From contig JBMYTV010000004.1 in assembly GCA_049604715.1 (NCBI GenBank), forward strand, positions 22,535 through 86,534: a DNA stretch of 64,000 nucleotides, written 5' to 3'. The notes below the pieces were generated by a model that saw nothing but the letters and a program-made list of their open reading frames with translations, ran no database searches and was not told the DNA's origin. The stretch comes from Patescibacteria group bacterium (GTDB taxonomy: Bacteria; Patescibacteriota; Patescibacteriia; S139-126; S139-133). The position numbers and the translations under genes are program-made. Below, in pieces: positions 47,595-57,600 of the stretch. The first letter of the stretch is position 1. Every line of letters begins with the position of its first letter.

Positions 47595-48032
47595 ATGGGG
47601 CTATTTGTATTCCTCGCTGGATTTGTAATTGGTCTAGGTGCAGTCACCGTAATTGACATTCACGGATTCCTCGGAAGAAAATCATCGTACTGGACCGAAG
47701 CAACTACAAGGACGCACAAAGTCACCAAGCCCATGATCTGGGCTGGCATATTTCTTGCCATAATCGGTGGGCTTATATTTTATCGGGGTGAATCGTTTAC
47801 AGGCATACCATTAATTCACACAATAATAGCTATCGTCCTTATCCTCAACGGCATTTTCCTATCATCCAAAGTCAGTCCATATCTTCTAAAGCGAGAACAA
47901 GAAGGTAAAGAGAAAGAACTGTTGCCACAATCGTGGCAAAACAAGATCATGGTCAGTCTCATAGTATCAGATATTGGTTGGTGGGGTGGGTTATTTCTTT
48001 TAGTAATCTATTTGATTACTCGTAATTTGTAA
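47595..48032 (+). CDS. membrane protein, hypothetical
   Basis: 4 TM helices; start taken at the first ATG after the tspO stop. Confidence 0.4.
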   Translation: MGLFVFLAGFVIGLGAVTVIDIHGFLGRKSSYWTEATTRTHKVTKPMIWAGIFLAIIGGLIFYRGESFTGIPLIHTIIAIVLILNGIFLSSKVSPYLLKREQEGKEKELLPQSWQNKIMVSLIVSDIGWWGGLFLLVIYLITRNL

Positions 48033-48042
48033 TATTACTAGC

Positions 48043-48813
48043 ATGATACTCTTAACAAGTTTAGGTATAGCACTTGGTATCAACATGCTCATGTTTATAC
48101 CTGCGTATATTTTCCGTACTGACAAACTGACAGATATTTCGTATGCAATTACGTTTGTAGTATTAGCTCTCTATGGATTTATCCTCAGTGCGGGGAATAT
48201 ATTTACAGGGATTCTCTTGGCTATAATTAGTATTTGGGCAGCGAGATTGGGTGGGTATTTGCTAATACGAATTAGAAAGACGGGAAAAGATAAACGATTC
48301 GATACGATGCGGAATAACTTCTGGAAGTTTATTCGCTTTTGGATCTTGCAAGGATTTACGGTATGGGCAGTGCTTATACCAAGCATTTTATTTTTTGGTA
48401 ATCATCCAAAACAGATATCGTCATTCGCATATATAGGAATAGGTGCTTGGATGATTGGATTGCTCATAGAAGCATTTGCAGATATACAGAAGTACCGATT
48501 CATAAATGATCTGAACAACAAAGGTAAGTGGATTGACACTGGATTGTGGAAATACTCCAGGCATCCAAACTATTTTGGCGAAATACTACTCTGGGTTGGA
48601 GTGTATGTATATACGGTTTTTGGATTATCAACCGGACAGGCAGTACTTGGCTTAATTGGACCTCTGTATATCGCTTGTCTGATTATTTTTGTAAGCGGAA
48701 TACCATTACTTGAAAAAGCGGCTGACAAGCGATGGGGTAGTGATCAAAACTACCAGCAGTACAAAAAAAGAACGAGCGTGCTTATACCGCTTCCACCTAA
48801 AAACATTTCTTAA
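48043..48813 (+). CDS. DUF1295 / steroid-5-alpha-reductase-like membrane protein
   Basis: WKYSRHPNYFGEILLWVGV signature; 6-7 TM helices. Confidence 0.55.
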   Translation: MILLTSLGIALGINMLMFIPAYIFRTDKLTDISYAITFVVLALYGFILSAGNIFTGILLAIISIWAARLGGYLLIRIRKTGKDKRFDTMRNNFWKFIRFWILQGFTVWAVLIPSILFFGNHPKQISSFAYIGIGAWMIGLLIEAFADIQKYRFINDLNNKGKWIDTGLWKYSRHPNYFGEILLWVGVYVYTVFGLSTGQAVLGLIGPLYIACLIIFVSGIPLLEKAADKRWGSDQNYQQYKKRTSVLIPLPPKNIS

Positions 48814-48818
48814 GTTTT

Positions 48819-49331
48819 ATGCGAAAGAAAACAATCACTGTGAATGACAAGATGCAGAAGAATTATAAATATCAACTCACTGAACCTGTGGGCAAAAATT
48901 TTGATCCTGTGTTTAAGCCAGAACTTACGCCAAAGCAGATGCTTGACTTAGGGGTATTTGGTGGACACTATATGTCTGACTGCAAAAAGGAGTTTCCTAA
49001 AGACTGGTTTACAAAAGCCAAGATGAATCCGGAAAAGCACGATGATTCACTCAACTATTTCCACAAACATGCATCTCAACCACTCAAGATATGGCAGAAA
49101 AAAGGCTGGATTAATGAAAAGCATGATCCCAGAGGCTGGTTTCAGTGGTACTGTAGGTACTACATGGGTAGGCGCTTGCCGGAAGAAGATGCTAGGCAGA
49201 TCAAACGTTGGAAAGCTATCCAAAGGCATGTTGCTCAGGTCAAGAAGAACTGCAAGAAAGGTGATATGACCTGTCGTCCGCGACAACGACAAGTGCTTCT
49301 ACATTGGGCGTATGATGCGAGGAAGATATAG
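48819..49331 (+). CDS. hypothetical basic protein
   Basis: 170 aa, Trp/Lys-rich (GWFQWYCRYYMGRR); no motif recognised. Confidence 0.4.
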   Translation: MRKKTITVNDKMQKNYKYQLTEPVGKNFDPVFKPELTPKQMLDLGVFGGHYMSDCKKEFPKDWFTKAKMNPEKHDDSLNYFHKHASQPLKIWQKKGWINEKHDPRGWFQWYCRYYMGRRLPEEDARQIKRWKAIQRHVAQVKKNCKKGDMTCRPRQRQVLLHWAYDARKI

Positions 49332-49816
49332 GGAAGTTAGAGTTCTAGACCGAGGTATGAATGAGACATCGAATACTCTCTTTTTATAGCGTCTCATTTG
49401 TCTCATTTACCCCGACCGAGAAGGGTTGTTTACCTGCTTGAAATCCTTCTAGATTTGCCCTAAGGTTACTGTAGGGGACAGGTTCTAGACCGAACTGTCC
49501 TGCCATAGAAATAACCCTTACCTTAGGGGTTATTTTTAGTTGGGGAGGTGGGATGATAGAACTGAGTAGTGTATAATTAAATCATGCTAGAAAAGAAACA
49601 GTCAGGCGACTATATAATATTTTGTGTAAGAAGTTAAGTGGGGTATTTGTTATGTCTCGTAAGTATATTGTTAATACCAAAAGTTCTCCATGGATTCCAC
49701 GTGGGTGGCGAGTAAAAGAGCATCAAAAAGGACTGGGAATTTTGGATTTACAAAGAGTTACTATCAAGCAGATAATTCTCTTTAAGTAAAGAAACAGTAT
49801 TGTCTATGGTAAGGCT

Positions 49817-50068
49817 ATGATTGAAATGTTGAATAACTGGGACTGTTTAAATGCGAATGTATTGGATTTTTTGCTAGAGCACCCACACTTGATTCCTAAT
49901 GGATGGAAAAAGAAAAATGTCTGTTTTTGGGGCACCATCTATAAAGACATAAATCCACTGCCTTCAGTTCGTTATTTGTATTGGAAATGTGAACAATGGC
50001 ACTGGACTCATTCATGGCTACATCGAAGTTTTAATACAAGTTTTTCAGCCGCAGTTTTGAAAAAATAG
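49817..50068 (+). CDS. small hypothetical protein
   Basis: 83-aa ORF in an otherwise non-coding 1-kb stretch; Trp/Cys-rich; weak support. Confidence 0.2.
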   Translation: MIEMLNNWDCLNANVLDFLLEHPHLIPNGWKKKNVCFWGTIYKDINPLPSVRYLYWKCEQWHWTHSWLHRSFNTSFSAAVLKK

Positions 50069-50195
50069 GTAGTTTCCATAAATGTCCATTTATTTTTTCT
50101 ATTAACACAGCACAGCTCACGTTTAATACCAACCTTGCGTGAGTTTTTTATTGGAGATTTTTAGTAGAGGAGTGTAGGGTGCTGCGTTTTAGGGG

Positions 50196-50224
50196 TTGAC
50201 ATTTTTTGACAAATCATATATTAT
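50196..50224 (+). promoter_or_regulatory. sigma70-like promoter candidate
   Basis: TTGACA, 17-nt spacer, TATTAT; about 110 nt upstream of the 50338 ATG. Confidence 0.35.
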
Positions 50225-50337
50225 ATGGCTTTATATAGAACATTAAAAGTATAGTTTAAGTCAGTAGTACAATAGGTATTCAGTTTATATAAATTGTTAA
50301 ATTCAAAAAAGCGGAATCTATCCGCAGGGAGTCAGTC

Positions 50338-50826
50338 ATGAAACAAGTTATGTTTTTGGTTGCAATTATGATGTTGTTATTTTTTGCTTTCAGTTGCAAC
50401 AATCAGGCAAGCCAAGACGTGAGTGCTGAAATTGCAGGTGGTGCAGCTGAAACTACGCTCGCACAAGTTTTTTATAACGGCAGGTATTTGCGACTTGCTG
50501 GTAATGTCGGGCCAGATGTTGTAAATAAGTTTTTTCATGAAATTAGAAAAAGACAAGTGCAGCTTCCTGATAGTACGGAAATTGTTTACCTGGGGCTCTG
50601 GCCTGTAAACAGCCTGACTTCTTATAGAAAGTCATTGACGTTTATGTGCTTGCAGGATCAGCCCTCTCGTTGGGGAGATCGCACTTCGTACACTTTAATC
50701 TCTCCTAGTGGAGATGAGAGAGATTGCCGGGTTTTGCTCGAGTTTAGTGCATCTCGAAGTTATGTCGGGTACTGGATTGATGAAAAAATTGATGACATGG
50801 CAACAGAAATTGCCAACAAACTCTAG
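50338..50826 (+). CDS. lipoprotein, hypothetical
   Basis: Signal peptide with lipobox AFSC; 162 aa. Confidence 0.5.
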   Translation: MKQVMFLVAIMMLLFFAFSCNNQASQDVSAEIAGGAAETTLAQVFYNGRYLRLAGNVGPDVVNKFFHEIRKRQVQLPDSTEIVYLGLWPVNSLTSYRKSLTFMCLQDQPSRWGDRTSYTLISPSGDERDCRVLLEFSASRSYVGYWIDEKIDDMATEIANKL

Positions 50827-50845
50827 GGGTGTTTGACCGTTTTAT

Positions 50846-50897
50846 CCCCACTGCATTGTTCACTTAATTTGGACAATGTAGTGGGGTTATTTTTTTT
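50846..50897 (+). terminator. rho-independent terminator
   Basis: CCCCACTGCATTGT...ACAATGTAGTGGGG 14-bp stem (one mismatch) followed by TTATTTTTTTT. Confidence 0.55.
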
Positions 50898-51007
50898 GTC
50901 CATTATTTTATTGCTTGATTTTCATTATATATAGTTCTGTACATGATTTAACAAAAAATTAATTAAAAAATGTGTTATAATACAATAAATACTATTAGAA
51001 TATCATT

Positions 51008-51382
51008 ATGCCAGATCTGAATAAGACAATCCTTATTGCGGAGGATGAGGTGCCTATGGCACGAGCGCTTGATTTGAAGCTGTCTTCTGAAGGGTTTACT
51101 GTTCATGTAGCCCATAATGGCGAGGAGGCGATTGAGCTTTATAAGGAACACAAGCCAGACCTAATCTTACTTGATTTGATCATGCCTAAAAAGGATGGTT
51201 TTATGGTACTTGATGAGCTTAAAGAGCTTGGTAATACAGCGCCAGTGCTTGTAGCGAGTAATTTAAGTCAAAAAGTTGATCAAATGAAAGCTGAAGAAAA
51301 AGGCGCAAAAGAGTATTATGTAAAATCAGATACTCCGCTGGTAAAAATTGTAGAAAAAGTACGCGGAAATTTGGGACTATAA
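51008..51382 (+). CDS. single-domain response regulator (CheY-like receiver)
   Basis: ILIAEDE...DLILLDLIMPKKDG...KxY pattern; 124 aa. Confidence 0.75.
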   Translation: MPDLNKTILIAEDEVPMARALDLKLSSEGFTVHVAHNGEEAIELYKEHKPDLILLDLIMPKKDGFMVLDELKELGNTAPVLVASNLSQKVDQMKAEEKGAKEYYVKSDTPLVKIVEKVRGNLGL

Positions 51383-51400
51383 ATATCCCTTTTCAATCTC

Positions 51401-53086
51401 ATGCCACTTAACAATCAGACAATAAAAGATATTTTGGTACGCCAAAATTATATTACAGCAGAGGATGCTGAAGCAGCTGAGCGACATGCTGCTGAACAAG
51501 GCGGAAGCATTGATAGCTACCTTTTATCTAATAATATTATTTCAAAACAACTACTCGGCCAGGCAATAGCCGAGCATTTTGGGGTGAAATACCAAAATCT
51601 AGAAAAGCAAAAAGTAGATGATGATATATTTTTCAAAGTTCCAGAGATAGTTGCGCGCAATCAGCATGTAGCGGCAATTGAGCATAAGGGTGATGTTATT
51701 AAAGTTGTTACCTCAGATCCTGAAAATATTAACACTCAGTATGCGCTGGAGAAGGTTTTTGGTGTGCCTGTTGATGTGCACTATACCGGAGACGATGATT
51801 TGGAAGAATTACTTCGAAAGTACCAAACTGATATTCGTTCTGAAATAGAAAAGCTTGATGCTGCGTGGGAGAATGGCGATGATGATATTAGGGATGAAAC
51901 AATTATCGATATTGTAAAACTTATTTTCAATACAGCCATTACAAACAAAGCCTCTGATATTCACCTAGAACCAGAACGTGAGACAGTGCAAGTGCGCTTT
52001 CGTATTGATGGTATTTTGCATGATGTGGTTGAACTTCGTTCTGATATCTACGCTTCTGTTTTGTCTCGTATAAAGATTTTGGGAAAACTTCGGACTGATG
52101 AACATCGTGCAGCCCAAGATGGTAAGTATCGTTTTTCTGATGATAGTGACGAATTTTATGACATCCGTATTTCAGTAGTGCCTACAAAAAATACCGAAAA
52201 TGTTGTTATGCGTGTGCTTTCTGCGCATAACCGTCAGCTGGGGCTTCGTGATGTTGGTTTTTCTGAAGGTGATTTGAAAAAGGTAGAAAAAGCAATAAAA
52301 AACCCGCATGGCATGATTTTGGTTACAGGTCCTACAGGAAGTGGTAAAACAACAACCGTTTATGCCATGATGAATAAACTAAACAGGCGCGAAGTGCACG
52401 TGGCAACTATTGAGGATCCAATTGAATATGATATTCATGGTGTTACGCAGATTCAAGTAAACGAGAGAACAAATTTAACATTCTCTGAAGGATTACGTGC
52501 AATTGTCAGGCAAGATCCAGACATTATTATGGTAGGTGAGATTCGCGATCAAGAAACAGCAGGTATTGCTGTTAACTCTGCATTGACCGGTCACTTGGTG
52601 TTATCAACGCTTCATACTAATGACGCGCCTACCACACTTCCTCGTCTTCGCGATATGGGAGTTGAGCCGTTCTTGATTGCATCAACTGTTGAGATAATTA
52701 TTGCACAGCGCTTGGTAAGAAAGATTTGTAGCAACTGCGTGAGTAGCTATACTTTGACTGATGCTGAGCGCAATACATTGAAAGACAATGAAGCGTTTTT
52801 GCAAGTACTTGAAAAACAAAAAGTTACACTTGATGATCTTCATTTGTATAAGGGCAGCGGATGTTCAGTGTGCGGTGATACAGGATACGCAGGGCGTGCT
52901 GGTATATTTGAGACACTTCATATGGATGATGAAATAAGAAAGGCAGTAATGCAGCACGCACATGCTGATGACATACGGGAGCTGGCTATCAAAAATGGCA
53001 TGAATACTATGTTTGAAGATGGCGTGCAAAAAGCCCTTAGCGGGGTTACTACTCTTGAGGAGGTTATGCGTGTAACTATCGCATAA
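51401..53086 (+). CDS. pilB: type IV pilus assembly ATPase PilB (GspE family)
   Basis: N-terminal GSPII domain, Walker A GPTGSGKTTT, MVGEIRD, His box, tetracysteine CSNC...CSVC. Confidence 0.85.
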   Translation: MPLNNQTIKDILVRQNYITAEDAEAAERHAAEQGGSIDSYLLSNNIISKQLLGQAIAEHFGVKYQNLEKQKVDDDIFFKVPEIVARNQHVAAIEHKGDVIKVVTSDPENINTQYALEKVFGVPVDVHYTGDDDLEELLRKYQTDIRSEIEKLDAAWENGDDDIRDETIIDIVKLIFNTAITNKASDIHLEPERETVQVRFRIDGILHDVVELRSDIYASVLSRIKILGKLRTDEHRAAQDGKYRFSDDSDEFYDIRISVVPTKNTENVVMRVLSAHNRQLGLRDVGFSEGDLKKVEKAIKNPHGMILVTGPTGSGKTTTVYAMMNKLNRREVHVATIEDPIEYDIHGVTQIQVNERTNLTFSEGLRAIVRQDPDIIMVGEIRDQETAGIAVNSALTGHLVLSTLHTNDAPTTLPRLRDMGVEPFLIASTVEIIIAQRLVRKICSNCVSSYTLTDAERNTLKDNEAFLQVLEKQKVTLDDLHLYKGSGCSVCGDTGYAGRAGIFETLHMDDEIRKAVMQHAHADDIRELAIKNGMNTMFEDGVQKALSGVTTLEEVMRVTIA

Positions 53087-53092
53087 AATAAT

Positions 53093-54184
53093 ATGAAAAA
53101 AGGTAAAGTAAAAAAATCATCATTATCAACAGAAATTGCACTGGGAGGTGTGAAGCTTCTTGATAAAGCAACATTTGCCAAGCACTTAGCAACGCTTTTG
53201 AAAGCTGGTATTGGTATTGTTGAGGCTCTTGATATTACTTATGGTGCAGCAAGTGGAAAGATGAAAAAGGTAATAGGCGAAGTGCGTGAGTCAGTTGCCG
53301 CGGGTAACGGCTTAGCTGCTTCGTTTGCGGAGCATCCGAAGGTTTTTACGAATTTACTTGTTCATGTGACTGAGGCGGGTGAGCTTTCTGGTACATTGGT
53401 TGAAAATCTAGAAAATATTGCAACACAATTGCAAAAAGAGTATGACCTTCATGCCAAGATCAAGAGCGCTATGACATATCCTATAGTGGTATTGGTTGCA
53501 GCTATTATCTTAGCTTTAGCAATGGCGTATTATGTGCTTCCGCAAATTACACCACTTTTTGCCGGTCTAAAAGTAGAGCTTCCGCTAACAACTCGTATTG
53601 TTCTATGGTTTTCTGATGTCATGCGAGCACATGGCGGCATTATTGCAAGTGTAGTGGTGGCTCTTTTGATAGCTATTCCTTGGGTTATTCGTAAGCCATT
53701 TGTTTATCCATTTACACATTGGGTGCTATTGAGAATGCCACTTTTTAAGACAATTGTACGTGATGCTAATATCACTAGGTATACTCTCACACTTGGGCTT
53801 TTATTAAAAAGTGGTTTGAATGTAGATGAAGCTCTTCGTATTACACAGTCAACTGTACCAAACTACTATTATCAAAAACACTTGCATGATGTTCTTGACC
53901 GTGTGCAACACGGCGGAACCATCTCTGAAGTACACAAACATGACACACGTTTATTTACTAGGCTTGTTATTAGTATGATTCGTGTCGGTGAAGAGTCAGG
54001 TACGCTTGATGAAACACTCTTGTACTTGGCTACGTTTTATGACAGTGAGGTAGAGGGAAACACCAAGCGCCTCACAACAGCACTCGAACCGATCATGCTT
54101 GTTATTATCGGCGCTGTTGTTGCAACACTTGCACTAGCTATTATTACTCCAATATATGAAATCACCGGTAACATCCGGCGCTAG
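53093..54184 (+). CDS. pilC: type IV pilus platform protein PilC (GspF family)
   Basis: Two GspF repeats, 3 TM helices, 363 aa. Confidence 0.8.
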   Translation: MKKGKVKKSSLSTEIALGGVKLLDKATFAKHLATLLKAGIGIVEALDITYGAASGKMKKVIGEVRESVAAGNGLAASFAEHPKVFTNLLVHVTEAGELSGTLVENLENIATQLQKEYDLHAKIKSAMTYPIVVLVAAIILALAMAYYVLPQITPLFAGLKVELPLTTRIVLWFSDVMRAHGGIIASVVVALLIAIPWVIRKPFVYPFTHWVLLRMPLFKTIVRDANITRYTLTLGLLLKSGLNVDEALRITQSTVPNYYYQKHLHDVLDRVQHGGTISEVHKHDTRLFTRLVISMIRVGEESGTLDETLLYLATFYDSEVEGNTKRLTTALEPIMLVIIGAVVATLALAIITPIYEITGNIRR

Positions 54185-54665
54185 CCGGTATTCCCGGTTT
54201 AACGCGTTTTATAAAATATATATACATAACCGCGGGGTGACCATGCTCGAAGTACTTATTGTTATGGGTATTTTGTCCATTGTACTTGGTAGTAGCTTGG
54301 CAATTAGCGGTAATACAGACCTGGTGAGCCAGCGGCAAGATGTACGTGACCAAGTGAAAAGTCATATTTATACAGCTCAGATTAGGGCTAGGGCTGGGGT
54401 AAACAGCACTTCGCATGGTGTATATATAGCACCGCATGCTATTACGGTTTTTCAGGGTGGGTCATATGCAACTCGTGATACTGACTATGACCTAGTAACT
54501 ACATTTCCTGATGCTGTGACACTTACTGCTGAGGAAAGTGAAGTTATTTTTTCATATGGGCGTGGTTTGCCAAGTGCAACAACCACGTTGGTTATAAGTC
54601 ATGCTATTTCCGGGCGTCATGATTTGTATATTAATGAACATGGAGCTGTAGAGCACAATGATTAG
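54156..54665 (+). CDS. prepilin-type pseudopilin/minor pilin
   Basis: Class III signal ...NRG|VTMLEVLIVMGI (Glu at +5); start codon uncertain (possibly the ATG at 54243). Confidence 0.55.
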   Translation: MKSPVTSGASRYSRFNAFYKIYIHNRGVTMLEVLIVMGILSIVLGSSLAISGNTDLVSQRQDVRDQVKSHIYTAQIRARAGVNSTSHGVYIAPHAITVFQGGSYATRDTDYDLVTTFPDAVTLTAEESEVIFSYGRGLPSATTTLVISHAISGRHDLYINEHGAVEHND

Positions 54666-57600
54666 TTTTTCTGATATACAAAAAAATAAATACGGAGTTT
54701 CATTGTTTGAGGCTGTTATTGCAATGGCGCTATTTGCGCTTGTGGCTGCAAGTTTAGTTAGTCTTGGGCTTGGTGGTTTTCAAGGGCTGCAGTATGCAGG
54801 TAATTATGCACAGGCTGAAGGAATTGCGACTGAAGGATTTGAAGTACTTCGTGCTCTTCGGCATGAAGCTATGAATCAGTTTACATATACGACAAGTTCA
54901 GTTAGTTTTTCTGCAAGCGATTGGGATTTTGATGGTGAAGGAACAACAGAAGTGATTGGGCCTTATACACGTATTATAGCTATAGAAGATGTTTGTCGAG
55001 ATGGGTCTGATGATATTACTACGTGTCCGGGTACATATACTGACGAGACAAGTAAGTTTGTAACTGTCACGGTTACATGGAATTCATTTTTTGGTAAATC
55101 TCAGACGGTTGTTAGGCAGGCGCTTATTACAAACTGGGATTCAAATGATTGGACACAAACAGACTGGTCAGGTGGGTCAGGACAGGCTATTTGGAGTAGT
55201 AGTGATGAGTATGATAGTGATGATACTAATGTAGATGTAAGCACTGCAGGGGAGGTATCACTGGTTAACAATGGTGTTGGGTGCGGAGATTATTCATGGC
55301 GATTTGACTCATCAGGAGATTACTCATTTGATAATGACTTTATTGAGGTGACTGGCAGCAACGCGCAACTTGTCTCGTCTAGCGGAGGTGGTAATAGTGA
55401 TAGCTACCCATACACAAGTGATAGTGAAGGTTGGGTGTATGCTGATTGGGATGAAGGTGGTGGAGAGGTGAATGTAACTGGCACACATAATGCTTCAGGT
55501 GGCAATCCATCTGGATGGCTTGATATAAATGTACCATCAGGTAAGAACGATGAGGTTGGTGGATACTGGTATGATGCCCTTGTCACCACCTCAACAGCAA
55601 GTAGCGCAACACTTTCTTTTGATTATACTGTGACTCAATATGATACAACGCCTGAGACATTTCAAATATATGCATTTATTGATGCTGGTTCAGGAGAGCC
55701 GACTATAGGACAAGAAGTATGGTCATCTGGTGAACTTACAACTACAGCTAGCTGGACTGGAAGTGGCAGCATTGATGTGTCTTCAGACATTACAGCTGCT
55801 GGTACGTATTATATAAAACTTGCGGTATGGGTTGAGACTCCAGGTGGTCCTGGTACTGGGCCATTTGAAATAGGTTTTGATAATACTGATATTTCTTGGA
55901 TAGGAGCAGCGAGTTATCCTACCTCTAACCCATCTGTTAACCCGGTTTCTGGTTACATACCATCTGGTGTAGACACATGGACTGGTTTTACTGAGACAGC
56001 CTCCAAAGATAGTGGAGAAATATATTACCAACTATCTAATGACTCTGGGTCTACCTGGGAATATTGGAGCGGCAGTGCATGGGTGACAGCAGGTGCATCA
56101 AACTACAACACTGCATCAACAATCAATACAAATATAAGCAGTTTTGCAACATCATCTGGCTCAATACTGTTCAGGGCGTTTTTAGAAAGTGACGGCACCC
56201 AATTTGTGCAGCTTGATGAAGTAAGTATATCGTGTGAGCAGTCATATGCCTGGCCATTTACTACACCTAGTAATTACACTTATGATCCAGGAGATATAGA
56301 AGTCACAGGGGGTGTTGCACAGCTTATAGCATCAGGCGGAGGAGGAGAGGTGTTCAGAGTTCAAGAATATTATATTGGATCTGGTCAGTTTACCGGGAAC
56401 ACGTATACACTGCAGCTCAACCAAGATTTGGTATCAAATTATTTCACCCTTGTGCAAGGTAGTGATGGTAATGGAACAAATGGAAGTAACCGTGGTCCAG
56501 ATGAAAACTACGCTATGATTGTGTCTGATCCATTTGGCACTGGTGACCTGAGTACATCAGGAGTGAGTAATGAGATAGTATTACAACGGGGAAATAGTGT
56601 TGATGATTGGATCGGAGTTGTGACAGTTATTGAGTGCATTAGTAATTGCACAACAGATGGTTTTCAGCTACACGATATTCAACGAGTAACACATGGCACA
56701 GGAAATGCTACAGGCAGTGATACGAGTGGTACTGCATGGAGTGATATTAATCAAGTCATGCTATTTGGTGGGTTTAATGGTCCTGGGTGTTTGACTGCTG
56801 AAAACTCAAATGGTGAACATGATGTATGTCATGTGCGTATCTACCCATCAGGTAGTGACACCATAGAATGGGCACGGAATTTTACTGCCAATTCATCAGA
56901 AAGTGCAGTGCAAGTACTTGAGTGGGGTAGTAACTGGACAGTACAGCGAGAAACAGTCACAGGTACCAATGGTGGTAACGGGGTAAATGCAACAGGAGAG
57001 TATAACACAGCTAGTATAACGTCGGTAGCGCGAGACAATACTTGGGTTTGGGGTGTCGGGTACACGTCAGATGATGGTATTGGTGATTCATCAGAGGGTG
57101 TTGTGATTACGCTTGGTGATGGGGTAAATCAAAATGCATCTGAAACCAGTGTAGCAGTAGGTATGGAGTATACGGATAGTAAGTTTTTTGAAGTATACGC
57201 ACTTACACACGATAGCCTTGCAGTTGATTATCGGTTTAAAACTGATGGTGATAGCGGCAACTTAACAGTAGACGTGACTGTTGATACAGCAGCATCATCT
57301 ACGGCGCGTATGGCACTTTCCTACAATACTCAAAATGGTACTGGTGGAGCATTTCCACGACCCATGATGTCAGCAAGGTATACTGCAGATACAACCGTAA
57401 GACTTGAGCGTCGGCGCTCTGGTCAAAATTTTGCCGCTTGGGTGCAGGGTATTGATTTCTCTGGGTTTAATTCGTATGCATCGTATCCAACTGATCTGCC
57501 AACCGTCCAACCAGCAAGTTCATACACACAAGGTGCTGTTGATACTTGGAATAGTTTTACAGAAATCTCTACAAAAAATGGTGGAGAGATTTATTATCAA

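Noticed and set aside
49475-49505. tRNA-like 3' fragment (GGTTCTAGACC...TGCCA)
   Set aside because: The loop between the GACAG/CTGTC arms is 13 nt, not a 7-nt T-loop, and no acceptor pairing exists; it is only superficially tRNA-like.
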